From Bacteroidales bacterium UBA4243 (GTDB taxonomy: Bacteria; Bacteroidota; Bacteroidia; Bacteroidales; F082): a stretch of 64,000 nucleotides of DNA. The stretch is taken from NCBI GenBank assembly GCA_002396205.1, contig DGXB01000098.1:11819-75818 (forward strand), read 5' to 3'. Below, piece by piece: positions 1-9,099 of the stretch (position 1 is its first letter; every line of letters begins with the position of its first letter). A program made the position numbers and the translations under genes. The notes below the pieces were generated by a model. It was not told the DNA's origin and ran no database searches. It was given only the letters and a program-made list of their open reading frames with translations.

Positions 1-345
1 CACGCGATTGGCGTTGAGGTTGGCCGTACCTTTATAATACAACATCATCGGGCCGTCGTCGCATTGCAGGAGGCGACGCGGATAGTCCGAGTCGAGGAAG
101 AAGAGCGGACGGATGCCGTTCTCCTTGACGAATTCGATTTCCTGCTCGGCCCTTCTCAGGTATTCCTTGGGCTTGCAGATGGCCTCGATGGAAGCCTCGC
201 GCATCCCGCTGATTTTTTCAAGCGACTTGCGCGTCTCCTTGAAGATGGCCTCGGCGCTACCGCAATAGTGCACGAATTTCTTCCCGCTGATGTCGCCGAT
301 GCCAGGGAGGAGAGTGAGGGCAATTTGATATTGGAGGTCGGTCAT
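1..345 (-). CDS. dprA: DNA-processing protein DprA, N-terminal part (gene runs off the left edge)
   Basis: Own reverse-strand translation from ATG at 345-343, open in frame to position 1: MTDLQYQIALTLLPGIGDISGKKFVHYCGSAEAIFKE...LFFLDSDYPRRLLQCDDGPMMLYYKG. This is the DprA N-terminal helical domain plus the YP..L...D.P..LY.KG entry into the Rossmann-like domain. It is absent from the ORF track because no stop lies in the window. Confidence 0.7.
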   Translation of the reverse strand, partial: MTDLQYQIALTLLPGIGDISGKKFVHYCGSAEAIFKETRKSLEKISGMREASIEAICKPKEYLRRAEQEIEFVKENGIRPLFFLDSDYPRRLLQCDDGPMMLYYKGTANLNANRV

Positions 346-360
346 TTCAATTCTAGGTTG

Positions 361-388
361 GTAGAGACGTAGCGCGCTACGTCTCTAC
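361..388. repeat. 28-bp palindromic repeat, GTAGAGACG...CGTCTCTAC family, copy 1
   Basis: gtagagacgtagcg|cgctacgtctctac is a perfect 14+14 palindrome. It lies between the lepA stop (394) and the dprA start (345). Confidence 0.9.
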
Positions 389-393
389 AAAGA

Positions 394-2181
394 TTAATCC
401 AATTTCAATACAGCGAGGAACGCCGACTGCGGCACTTCGACATTGCCGATCTGTCGCATACGTTTCTTGCCAGCCTTTTGTTTTTCAAGCAGTTTGCGCT
501 TACGTGAAACGTCGCCACCGTAGCACTTCGCCGTCACGTCCTTACGCACCTGGCGCACCGTCTCGCGAGCAATGATCTTCGCTCCGATGGCCGCCTGAAT
601 GGCGATGTCGAACTGGTGACGTGGAATCAACTCTTTCAGTTTCTCGCACATGCGCCGACCGAAGTCGTAGGCATGGCCGCGATGGATCAAGGTCGACAAG
701 GCATCCACCGACTCACCGTTGAGCATGATGTCGAGTTTCACCAAGTCAGCGTCCTGATAGCCAGCGATATGATAGTCGAAGGAGGCATAGCCCTTCGAGA
801 TGGATTTCAGTTTGTCGTAGAAATCGAAGACGATTTCGGAAAGCGGCATCTGGAAGGTCAGTTCCACGCGGTCGGTGGAGAGGTAGACTTGGTTCTTCAG
901 CACGCCGCGACGATCGATGCAAAGGGTCATGATGGGCCCCGTGAACTCGTTCTTCGAAATGATTTGCGCAAGGATATAAGGCTCCTCGATGTGGTCGATT
1001 TTGGTCACTTCGGGTAAACCACTGGGGTTGTGTACTTCGATCATCTCACCATCGGTCTTGAAACACTTGAACGAGACGTTGGGCACCGTTGTAATCACGT
1101 CCATGTCGAACTCGCGATCCAAACGTTCTTGCACGATTTCCATGTGCAAAAGGCCCAAGAAGCCGCAACGGAAACCGAAACCCAAGGCCGCCGAACTCTC
1201 TGGTTCCCAAACCAATGAAGCATCGTTAAGTTGCAGTTTCTCCAACGAGGCGCGAAGCTCCTCGTAATCGTCGGCATCTACGGGATAGATACCTGCAAAC
1301 AGCATCGGCTTCACGTTCTCGAAGCCTGCCACCGGCTCGGCACAGGGGCGTTCGACGTGCGTGATGGTGTCGCCCACCTTGACCTCCTTCGAGGTCTTGA
1401 TGCCAGAGATGATGTAACCCACATCGCCAGCAGAAAGCTCGTTCTTAGGCACTTGCTTCAGCTGAAGCACCCCGATTTCGTCGGCATGGTATTCCTTGCC
1501 CGTGGCAAAGAACTTCACCAAGTCGTTGGTGTGCATCGTGCCGTTCATGATGCGGAAATAGGCGATGATGCCACGGAACGAGTTGAACACCGAGTCGAAA
1601 ATCAAGGCTTGGAGCGGCGCTTCGGGGTCGCCTTTGGGACAGGGAATGCGGTCAACGATGGCATCCAAAAGGGCAGGCACGCCTTCGCCCGTGCGGGCGC
1701 TGACGCGCAAAATCTCGCTCGGGTCGCAGCCCAAGAGGTCGACCATCTGGTCCTCCACGATGTCGACCATCGCGCTGTCCATGTCAATCTTGTTCATCAC
1801 GGGGATGATTTCGAGGTCGTGCTCCAAAGCCGAATAAAGGTTGGCAATCGTTTGTGCCTGAATACCTTGCGTAGCATCAACCACCAGCAAGGCACCCTCG
1901 CAAGCGGCAATCGAGCGCGACACCTCATAGGAGAAGTCGACGTGGCCGGGAGTGTCGATAAGGTTGAGCGTGTATTCCTCGCCCTTGTATTCGTATTTCA
2001 TTTGGATGGCGTGGCTCTTGATGGTGATGCCGCGCTCGCGCTCGAGGTCCATGTCGTCGAGCACCTGGTCCACGAGTTCCTTTGAATTTAATGTGTGGGT
2101 CAGTTCCAAAAGCCTATCGGCCAAGGTCGATTTGCCGTGGTCGATGTGCGCTATGATGCAAAAATTTCGTATGTTCTTCAT
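394..2181 (-). CDS. lepA: Elongation factor 4 (translational GTPase LepA)
   Basis: 595-aa ORF with ATG at 2181. GTPase motifs [17 protein letters not shown] and NKID are present, and the architecture is full-length EF4. Confidence 0.97.
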   Translation of the reverse strand: MKNIRNFCIIAHIDHGKSTLADRLLELTHTLNSKELVDQVLDDMDLERERGITIKSHAIQMKYEYKGEEYTLNLIDTPGHVDFSYEVSRSIAACEGALLVVDATQGIQAQTIANLYSALEHDLEIIPVMNKIDMDSAMVDIVEDQMVDLLGCDPSEILRVSARTGEGVPALLDAIVDRIPCPKGDPEAPLQALIFDSVFNSFRGIIAYFRIMNGTMHTNDLVKFFATGKEYHADEIGVLQLKQVPKNELSAGDVGYIISGIKTSKEVKVGDTITHVERPCAEPVAGFENVKPMLFAGIYPVDADDYEELRASLEKLQLNDASLVWEPESSAALGFGFRCGFLGLLHMEIVQERLDREFDMDVITTVPNVSFKCFKTDGEMIEVHNPSGLPEVTKIDHIEEPYILAQIISKNEFTGPIMTLCIDRRGVLKNQVYLSTDRVELTFQMPLSEIVFDFYDKLKSISKGYASFDYHIAGYQDADLVKLDIMLNGESVDALSTLIHRGHAYDFGRRMCEKLKELIPRHQFDIAIQAAIGAKIIARETVRQVRKDVTAKCYGGDVSRKRKLLEKQKAGKKRMRQIGNVEVPQSAFLAVLKLD

Positions 2182-2242
2182 TCTGGCCGCAAAAATAGAA
2201 AAAAAATCGCTTGAAAACGCAACCTATAATAAGGATTATCCC

Positions 2243-2250
2243 TAATTTTG
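2243..2250 (+). promoter_or_regulatory. -7 box TAATTTTG (RelA/SpoT gene)
   Basis: Matches the Bacteroidota sigma-A -7 consensus TAnnTTTG, 23 nt before ATG 2274. Confidence 0.5.
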
Positions 2251-2273
2251 CAGTCTGAAATTGTTGATTGCGT

Positions 2274-4472
2274 ATGACAACTGTTTTACCCGACACCTAC
2301 TCGAGGGAAGAAAAAGAGGAAATAGAACGACGACACCGCGACCTCATCGAGGTTTGGCAAACCCGCAAGGAAGCCCAAGACCTTGAGGCCGTCGACAAGG
2401 CTTTCTATTTTGCCTGCGAGGCCCACAAAGACCAACGTCGCCGTTCGGGCGAGCCCTACATCTACCACCCCATCGCCGTGGCCCGCATCGCCGCCCACGA
2501 CATCGGCTTAGGCCGCACGTCCATCATCTGCGCCCTGCTGCACGACGTGGTGGAAGACACGAAATACACCTTGGACGACATCCGTGAGATGTTCGGCGAA
2601 AAGGTGTCGCGCGTGGTCGACGGCCTCACCAAGTTCGAGCAGATGGACAACGTGGAAAGCATGCAGGCCGAGAACTTCAAAAAAATCATCTCCTCGCTGT
2701 CATACGACATCCGCGTGGTGCTCATCAAGCTCAGCGACCGCCTCCACAACATGCGCACGCTCGACTCGATGCCCAAACACAAGCAGCTGAAAATCGCATC
2801 GGAGACATCTTATATCTACGCGCCTTTGGCCTACCGCCTCGGGCTGCACGCCATCCGCATCGAGCTCGACGACCTTGCCCTGAAATACACCAACCCGACC
2901 ATCTACTCCAACATCAAGAAGCGCGTCGACGAAGTGCGCGAGAAACGCATGGGCGAGTTGCACGACTTCATCGCCCCACTCGACGAAGCCTTCGCCAAGG
3001 CCGGCATGAAGGTGCGCGCCGAAATCAAGGAGCGCTCCGTCAACTCGATTTGGAAACGCATGATGGACAAGGAGTTGGCCTTCGAAGACCTTTACGGGTC
3101 GTTCATCGTCCGCCTGATTACCGATTGCCCAAAGGAGCAGGAACGCATGGAATGCTGGAAGATCTACGCCGTTTTGACCGACTGCTACCGTCCCTACACC
3201 CGCAAGCTGAAAGACTGGATCTCGTTCCCGAAAGCCAACGGCTACGAGAGCCTTCATGCCGTGGTGATGGGACAGTCGGGCAACTGGGTGGAGGTGCAAA
3301 TCCGCAGCCAGCGCATGGAAGAGATTGCCGAGAAAGGATTCTCCGCCTATTGGAAATACAAGACCGACAACGACACAACAGAAAGCGGCTTCGACGAATG
3401 GTTGAAAAAGGCCCAAAACCTCATCGGCAGTGAGTCGGACAACGCCATCGAGTTCGTCGACAACTTCAAGCTCGACCTCTTCTCCGACGAAATCTACGTC
3501 TTCACCCCACAGGGCAAGATGATCACGCTGCCCAAAGGCTCCACCGTGCTCGACTTCGCCTACAACATCCACAGCGAGATTGGCGACCACAGCATCGCCG
3601 CCAACGTCAACAACCAGCTGTCGCAACTCGACCGCAAACTCACCAAGGGCGACCAGGTGGAAATCATCACCTCAGAGGCGCAACATCCGCAGGAGAAATG
3701 GTTCGAGTTTTTGGCCACGGCCACGGCCAAATCGCGCCTCAGGAGTGGCATCAAGGAATACCGCCGCACCTTCCGCGACGAGGGCGAGAAGAAATACGAG
3801 GAAATCATGCGCAAGCTCGACCTCGAGCCATCCAAGGCCAACCGCAACACAGTGATGGCCTCGGAAAACCTCACCAGCTCCATCGACTTCTACTACCAGG
3901 TGGCGACTGGGAGAATTGACGAACGGCTCATCCGCGACGTGCTGAAACCACAATCGGGCACTAGCAGCTTCGTGCGCTACCTCACCTTCGGCCTGCTTGG
4001 AAACAGCAACAAAGACAAGGACGCAACACCAGCCATCACCACATCCGGCGACTTCGACTTCAACGTGTCGACCTGCTGCAACCCCATCCCCGGCGACGAC
4101 GTCATCGCCTTCAACTTCCCCGGCGAGCCGCTGCAAATCCACCGCAGCAACTGCCCCAAGGCCATCCAGCTGTCGTCGCGCTACGGCAACAACATCGTGA
4201 AGGCCAAATGGCAACCCAAGAGCGAAATCGCCTTCCTCGCCGAGCTGAAAATCACCGCGTTGGACACTGCCGGACTGCTCAACCGCATGACCAACCTGCT
4301 CTCCAACGAGCTGAAGCTCAACCTGCACTCGCTCCACATGGAAGCCAAGCAAGACGTGGTAGAAGCCGCCATCTCCATCTATGTGCACAACACTCAGGAA
4401 CTTGACAACCTCATTAGCAAGCTCAACCGCCTCAAGGAAGTGCAAAAGGTGGTGCGCAAAAACAGCAATTGA
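2274..4472 (+). CDS. spoT: Bifunctional (p)ppGpp synthetase/hydrolase, RelA/SpoT family
   Basis: HD hydrolase motif (LLHDVVEDT), RelA/SpoT synthetase core, TGS-like segment and ACT-like C-terminus. The ORF track begins at TTG 2268. ATG 2274 is preferred because a -7 box lies at 2243-2250. Confidence 0.93.
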   Translation: MTTVLPDTYSREEKEEIERRHRDLIEVWQTRKEAQDLEAVDKAFYFACEAHKDQRRRSGEPYIYHPIAVARIAAHDIGLGRTSIICALLHDVVEDTKYTLDDIREMFGEKVSRVVDGLTKFEQMDNVESMQAENFKKIISSLSYDIRVVLIKLSDRLHNMRTLDSMPKHKQLKIASETSYIYAPLAYRLGLHAIRIELDDLALKYTNPTIYSNIKKRVDEVREKRMGELHDFIAPLDEAFAKAGMKVRAEIKERSVNSIWKRMMDKELAFEDLYGSFIVRLITDCPKEQERMECWKIYAVLTDCYRPYTRKLKDWISFPKANGYESLHAVVMGQSGNWVEVQIRSQRMEEIAEKGFSAYWKYKTDNDTTESGFDEWLKKAQNLIGSESDNAIEFVDNFKLDLFSDEIYVFTPQGKMITLPKGSTVLDFAYNIHSEIGDHSIAANVNNQLSQLDRKLTKGDQVEIITSEAQHPQEKWFEFLATATAKSRLRSGIKEYRRTFRDEGEKKYEEIMRKLDLEPSKANRNTVMASENLTSSIDFYYQVATGRIDERLIRDVLKPQSGTSSFVRYLTFGLLGNSNKDKDATPAITTSGDFDFNVSTCCNPIPGDDVIAFNFPGEPLQIHRSNCPKAIQLSSRYGNNIVKAKWQPKSEIAFLAELKITALDTAGLLNRMTNLLSNELKLNLHSLHMEAKQDVVEAAISIYVHNTQELDNLISKLNRLKEVQKVVRKNSN

Positions 4473-4517
4473 GGCAAAATAATGCCGATTATTTAGAATT
4501 GGTCTGAAAAATATTCT

Positions 4518-4525
4518 TACTTTTG
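4518..4525 (+). promoter_or_regulatory. -7 box TACTTTTG (fur)
   Basis: TAnnTTTG match, 22 nt before ATG 4548. Confidence 0.5.
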
Positions 4526-4547
4526 CGCCAACATCACGAATTGAAAA

Positions 4548-4991
4548 ATGAAAGACTCATTTGACAATACCTATTTGGCAGTCAAGAAGATATTCATCGA
4601 CTACCTGCAACGGCGGAAGCTACGCAAGACCCCCGAGCGGTTTGCCATACTGAAGGAAATCTACTCGACCAATGGGCACTTCGACATAGATTCTCTGTAT
4701 AACCAGATGAAAGACAACAAGTACCGCGTCAGCAGGGCCACCTTATACAATACGATTGAACTGCTGCTCGACTGCGGTTTGGTCATCAAGCACCAGTTTG
4801 GGCACAACTGCGCACAATACGAGCGCTCCTACAAGTTCCGCCAGCACGACCACTTCATCGACATCGATACGGAGAGCGTGATGGAGTTTTGCGACCCCCG
4901 CCTGTTCGAAATCCAGAAGTCGATTGAGGAGCAACTCGGCGTGGAGATTACGCACCATTCGTTGATTTTTTACGGACACAAGAAGAGTTGA
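4548..4991 (+). CDS. fur: Fur-family metal-responsive transcriptional regulator
   Basis: 147 aa. It has a winged-helix N-terminus (RKTPERFAILKEI...RVSRATLYNTIELL) and a His/Cys-rich dimerisation half (RQHDHFID...CDP...HH). Confidence 0.85.
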   Translation: MKDSFDNTYLAVKKIFIDYLQRRKLRKTPERFAILKEIYSTNGHFDIDSLYNQMKDNKYRVSRATLYNTIELLLDCGLVIKHQFGHNCAQYERSYKFRQHDHFIDIDTESVMEFCDPRLFEIQKSIEEQLGVEITHHSLIFYGHKKS

Positions 4992-5083
4992 GAGTTTAGA
5001 GTTGAGAGTAGTTGAAAGTTGAGAGTAGTTGAGAGTTGAGAGTTAGGAGTTGATAATTGGAAATTGAAAATTGAAAGTTGAAG
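4987..5083 (+). repeat. Degenerate heptamer tandem array (AGTTGAG / AATTGAA), 13 units plus two AGT insertions
   Basis: agttgag agtttag agttgag agt agttgaa agttgag agt agttgag agttgag agttagg agttgat aattgga aattgaa aattgaa agttgaa. The first unit contains the fur stop codon TGA (4989-4991). Confidence 0.85.
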
Positions 5084-5157
5084 GCTGATAGCCAGAAGCC
5101 AGAAGCTATAGACAAATAATCTTTGAATTTTGAATCTTTAAATCTTAAATACCGACC

Positions 5158-6435
5158 ATGAACAAATTAGACATATTACTCGGCTTGCAATGGGGCGACG
5201 AAGGCAAAGGCAAAGTCGTCGACGCCCTCACCCCGAACTACGACATCGTTTGCCGCTTCCAGGGCGGCCCCAACGCCGGACACACCATTGAGTTTGAAGG
5301 CAAGAAGTTCGTCTTGCACAACATCCCGTCGGGCGTGCTGACCCCAGGCTGCGTCAACGTCATCGGCAACGGCGTCATCATCGACCCACATATATTAAAA
5401 GGTGAAATCGAAGGACTGCGCACGGCCGGCTTCGACCTGACCAAAACCCTTTTGATTGCCAACCGTGCGCATCTCATCCTGCCCACGCACCGTGCCCTTG
5501 ATGCCGCCAACGAAAAGGCCTTGGGCAAGATGAAAGTGGGCACCACGATGAAAGGCATCGGCCCGACCTACACCGACAAGACCGCCCGCCGTGGCCTCCG
5601 CATCGGCGACATCGGCATGGCCGACTTCCGCGAGAAATACGAACAACTGAAACAAACCCACCTGAAGCAAATCGCCACGCTCGACTTCGACATGGACGAG
5701 CTTCGTTTGGACGGCATGACCTTCGACGCCTACGAAAAGCTGTGGTTCGAGGGCATCGAATACCTGAAGCAATACCAGTTCATCGACGGCGAATATTACA
5801 TCAACGAAGCCTTGGACGAGGGCAAGAAAGTGTTGGCCGAAGGTGCCCAAGGCTCGATGCTCGACGTCGACTTCGGCAGCTATCCCTTTGTCACCTCTTC
5901 GAACGTGATCGCCGCCGGCGTGTGCTCCGGCTTGGGCGTTGCGCCAAGTCGCATCGGGAAAGTGTACGGCATCTTCAAGGCCTATTGCACGCGCGTGGGC
6001 ACCGGCCCCTTCCCCACCGAGCTGTTTGACGAAACAGGTGAAACGCTCCGCCAAAACGGGCACGAGTTTGGTGCCACAACGGGACGTCCGCGCCGTTGCG
6101 GCTGGCTCGACCTGCCCGCGCTGAAATATGCCGTCATGCTCAGCGGAGTGACCGACCTGATGATGATGAAATCAGACGTGATGGACGACTTCGCGACCGT
6201 CAAAGTGGCCACGGCCTACCGTTTCAACGGCAAGGAAACCAAGCACCTACCGTTTGCCGCCTGCACCGAGACGATGGAACCTGTCTATACCGAAATCCCC
6301 GGCTGGCAACAGAAGATAGAAGGCAAGATTCCGCAGAAATTGGAAGACTATATCAAATTCATCGAGGACTACGTCGGCGTGCCAGTGAAGTTCGTTTCCT
6401 ATGGCCCAGACAGAACACAGAATATTATTAGATAA
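5158..6435 (+). CDS. purA: Adenylosuccinate synthase
   Basis: 425 aa with QWGDEGKGK, GPNAGHT and GTTMKGIGPTY motifs. Full length. Confidence 0.97.
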   Translation: MNKLDILLGLQWGDEGKGKVVDALTPNYDIVCRFQGGPNAGHTIEFEGKKFVLHNIPSGVLTPGCVNVIGNGVIIDPHILKGEIEGLRTAGFDLTKTLLIANRAHLILPTHRALDAANEKALGKMKVGTTMKGIGPTYTDKTARRGLRIGDIGMADFREKYEQLKQTHLKQIATLDFDMDELRLDGMTFDAYEKLWFEGIEYLKQYQFIDGEYYINEALDEGKKVLAEGAQGSMLDVDFGSYPFVTSSNVIAAGVCSGLGVAPSRIGKVYGIFKAYCTRVGTGPFPTELFDETGETLRQNGHEFGATTGRPRRCGWLDLPALKYAVMLSGVTDLMMMKSDVMDDFATVKVATAYRFNGKETKHLPFAACTETMEPVYTEIPGWQQKIEGKIPQKLEDYIKFIEDYVGVPVKFVSYGPDRTQNIIR

Positions 6436-6445
6436 ATCCACCCCT

Positions 6446-6473
6446 GTAGAGACGTTGCGCGCAACGTCTTTAC
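6446..6473. repeat. 28-bp palindromic repeat family, copy 2
   Basis: gtagagacgttgcg|cgcaacgtctttac has one arm mismatch. It lies 11 nt after the purA stop. Confidence 0.85.
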
Positions 6474-6495
6474 AACACAACACAAAACACAAACC

Positions 6496-7647
6496 ATGAT
6501 CATTTTAGAAAAACCATACGTATCGGCCCCCTTGGTGGCTTATCTGGAAGAAAAACAAATCCCTGTTCTGCACAACGACATGGCAGAGACGCTGAAACAG
6601 CAAGGCCACAAACTCAACCTTTTGGAAGACAAACAGTTTGTTGAGAAATACGAGCAAACGAAACAGCTTTACGCCGTTTCGGAAAACGCCTTGGTGTGGC
6701 TCTATGCCCAACTGCCCGAATCGGAATTGGTGAAGAAAGTCAAGATTCTGAAGGACAAGGCCGAGTTCCGCCGCATCTGCCAGCAAATCTATCCCGACTT
6801 CTATTACAAAGAGGTGGAGATGAAGGCTTTGCGCGACTTGAATCCCGACGAGTTGCCCTTGCCGCTCGTGCTGAAACCCGCTGTGGGCTTCCTCAGCGTG
6901 GGTGTCTATATCATCCGCAACAAAGCCGAATGGCAAGCTGCCTTGAACGACATCGACCAGAACTTTGCGAAGCAGTGCGCCGTGTTCCCCGAGACCGTTG
7001 TGCGCAGCGAGAAGTTCGTGCTTGAGCAGTTCATCGAAGGCGAGGAATATGCCGTGGACGCCTATTATGATGCCGAGGGCAAACCCAACATCATCAACAT
7101 CTTCCACCATATCTTCAAGGACGAGACCGATGTGAGCGACCGCCTTTACTGCATGAGCAAGCAGATCTTCGAAACCAACTATCCGGCTTTCAACCAGTTC
7201 TGCATCGACCTGAACGGTGTGCTCGGCCTGCGCAACTTCCCGATGCACGTGGAGTTCCGCGTCGACAAGAACACGGGTCGCGCCATCCCGATTGAGGTCA
7301 ACCCGCTGCGTTTCGCCGGCATGTGCCTCAACGACCTGACGCGCCACACCTGCCACCTGCTGCCCGTGCAATGCTATTTCGAGGGCATCCACCCCGACTA
7401 CGCCACCATGTGGGACGGCATCGAGAACGACGTGTTCAGCTTCATCGTGCTTGACAAGCCATACGACACCAACCGCGCCTTAAACTTCGAGCGCATCAAG
7501 CGACACTTCCATGGCGTGCTTGAGACCCGCGACATCATGAACCCCGCCATGAGCGTGTGGGGCTTCCTCTTCATGCAGACTAAGCCCGAGCACAAGGCCG
7601 AGTTGCAGGAGATTCTGCACTCGAACCTTGAGGAGTTTATGGCTTAG
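6496..7647 (+). CDS. ATP-grasp domain protein (substrate unknown)
   Basis: 383 aa. LVLKPAVGFLSVGV, EQFIEGEEYAVD and a PIEVNPLRFAG metal-binding tail fit the ATP-grasp fold. No partner biosynthetic genes are adjacent. Confidence 0.7.
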   Translation: MIILEKPYVSAPLVAYLEEKQIPVLHNDMAETLKQQGHKLNLLEDKQFVEKYEQTKQLYAVSENALVWLYAQLPESELVKKVKILKDKAEFRRICQQIYPDFYYKEVEMKALRDLNPDELPLPLVLKPAVGFLSVGVYIIRNKAEWQAALNDIDQNFAKQCAVFPETVVRSEKFVLEQFIEGEEYAVDAYYDAEGKPNIINIFHHIFKDETDVSDRLYCMSKQIFETNYPAFNQFCIDLNGVLGLRNFPMHVEFRVDKNTGRAIPIEVNPLRFAGMCLNDLTRHTCHLLPVQCYFEGIHPDYATMWDGIENDVFSFIVLDKPYDTNRALNFERIKRHFHGVLETRDIMNPAMSVWGFLFMQTKPEHKAELQEILHSNLEEFMA

Positions 7648-7665
7648 TTTGACCCACTTGTGTAC

Positions 7666-7713
7666 GCGGGGATTGAAATCGCCCGCTTGATTTCTTGTCG
7701 CTCTTTCAGGGCT
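7666..7713 (+). repeat. Bipartite double-hairpin repeat (~48 nt), copy A
   Basis: GCGGGG-attgaaatc-GCCCGC-ttgatttctt-GTCGCTCTTTCAGGGCT. It lies between the convergent ATP-grasp and DUF262-HNH genes. Confidence 0.8.
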
Positions 7714-7732
7714 TTTTGGTGGTAAATCCATA

Positions 7733-8872
7733 TCATTTCCCGCTCTTCCGCCTGTTACACTCGCGGCAGAGCATCTGGCAGTTGTCGGCAGTCGTCTTGC
7801 CTCCGGCGTGCCACGGCGTGATGTGGTCGGCTTCCATTTGGCTCAGCTCGAAGTGCTGGCCGCAGTCGGCGCAGAAACCCATCTGTCTTTCATATGCTGA
7901 CAATTTTTGCGCATCGGTGAAGGCTCGAATCGACAAATATTTCTCCTTGCGCGTAAGGATATAGGGATAAATGCCCGACTTTTTGGTCACGTCGTCGTCG
8001 AGGATGAGACGTTTCACTTCTTCATCAATGGCTTTGTAGTCAAACACTTGGTCCTTGTATTGCTTATAGAGCATTCCCCACTCCACACCTTTCATGATCT
8101 TCTTGCGCTCCTTGGTGGGACGGAAAGTGGTCTCAATCCAAGTGATGACCGACTGGAAAAACTGCCAAAGCGGCGCGGCGCTCGGGTCGTGCTGGTGGTT
8201 CGACATGTAGACCTCGATGTTGCCGTCCGAAATCCACGAGATGGCGGTTTCGAGGTAGTCCTGACGAATGGCGGAGCCGTTGAGGTAGTCGCTGCCAATC
8301 TTTGCGGCAGGGGCACCGTTTTTGCTGAAATAGCGTTTGGCGTCGCTCACCCACGAGCCGGCATACACCGCGTTGCGCAGCTCCTGCTCGGTGAGGGCCT
8401 CGCCCGCGATGTTGATGGTGCGGAACCACTTGAGCTTCTCGCTGTCGGTGCCGCTGCAGATGTAGACTTGCAGCGGGTAGTTGAGGATTTGCTCCTGCTC
8501 ATCGGGTTGGAGGTTGTGGAAATAGCGAAAGTTGAAGGCAAAATCGCCATTAACGTATTGGCAGATGCTGATGGTGCGCTGCTGCCCGTCAATGATTTCG
8601 AAACTGGGTTCGCAACCGTCCCGGTTGCCACTTGCGGACGAGACGTCCGCGAACCCAGTGTCGCGCACGGCCCAATACATCACGTTGAGGGGGAAGCCCT
8701 GCGTGAGCGTGTCGATGACGGCATCGCGTTGTTTGTCCTTGTAGACGAACTCGCGCTGGTAGGGCGGGCGCACGTCGAGGCGGCCACCGTAGGCGCGCAC
8801 ACCGTTTTCGTTGTTGTCCACGTAGCCTTGTGTCAGCTCGCGGACGGTGATTTTGTGTAGTTCTATGTTCAT
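7733..8872 (-). CDS. DUF262 (ParB/Srx-like NTPase fold)-HNH endonuclease fusion
   Basis: 379 aa. The N-terminus carries PPYQREFVY and IIDGQQRT, the DUF262 DGQQR signature. The C-terminus carries CADCG...EADHITPWHAGGKTTADNCQMLCRECNRRK, a classical zinc-ribbon HNH. Confidence 0.85.
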   Translation of the reverse strand: MNIELHKITVRELTQGYVDNNENGVRAYGGRLDVRPPYQREFVYKDKQRDAVIDTLTQGFPLNVMYWAVRDTGFADVSSASGNRDGCEPSFEIIDGQQRTISICQYVNGDFAFNFRYFHNLQPDEQEQILNYPLQVYICSGTDSEKLKWFRTINIAGEALTEQELRNAVYAGSWVSDAKRYFSKNGAPAAKIGSDYLNGSAIRQDYLETAISWISDGNIEVYMSNHQHDPSAAPLWQFFQSVITWIETTFRPTKERKKIMKGVEWGMLYKQYKDQVFDYKAIDEEVKRLILDDDVTKKSGIYPYILTRKEKYLSIRAFTDAQKLSAYERQMGFCADCGQHFELSQMEADHITPWHAGGKTTADNCQMLCRECNRRKSGK

Positions 8873-8891
8873 ATTGCGTTCTGTTTATAGT

Positions 8892-8939
8892 GCAGGGACT
8901 GACGTCGCCTGCTTATGGGTCTGTCGCCCCTACGGGGCT
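8892..8939 (+). repeat. Bipartite double-hairpin repeat, copy B
   Basis: GCAGGG-actgacgtc-GCCTGC-ttatgggtct-GTCGCCCCTACGGGGCT. It lies in the methyltransferase/nuclease gap. Confidence 0.8.
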
Positions 8940-8960
8940 ATTCGGCTTGTCGTTTTTGTC

Positions 8961-9010
8961 GGCAGGGGTTCACACCGCCTGCCTACAGAAGCTGTCGCCC
9001 CTACGGGGCT
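8961..9010 (+). repeat. Bipartite double-hairpin repeat, copy C
   Basis: GGCAGGG-gttcacacc-GCCTGCC-tacagaagct-GTCGCCCCTACGGGGCT. It is preceded by ttttgtc, as copy D is. Confidence 0.8.
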
Positions 9011-9065
9011 GGGTGGATGCCCTCGGCATTGGTTGGAGGCCAGTAGGATATCCGCCCGATAGGGT

Positions 9066-9085
9066 CAGCGGGTCATGACCCGCTG
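9066..9085. repeat. Perfect 20-nt palindrome cagcgggtcatgacccgctg
   Basis: The sequence is self-complementary when read directly. It is part of the repeat cluster at 8885-9090, 15 nt from the methyltransferase stop. Confidence 0.8.
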
Positions 9086-9099
9086 TTGGCAAAGCCACG

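Noticed and set aside
64-372. 102-aa plus-strand ORF at the left edge.
   Set aside because: It is antisense to the clearly DprA-like reading frame (1-345, minus strand), and its translation has no family features.
361-388. The GAGACG/CGTCTC hexamers in every copy of the 28-bp palindrome, as possible targets of a type IIS restriction system.
   Set aside because: No matching restriction-modification genes are visible in the window. The hexamer is simply part of the conserved palindrome arm. I treat it as coincidence unless the genome encodes such an enzyme.
8892-9010. Possible CRISPR-like array, because two similar hairpin repeats occur in tandem.
   Set aside because: There are only two units. 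Each unit is bipartite and about 48 nt, the spacing is irregular, the same unit occurs singly at 7666 and 18830, and no cas genes are present.
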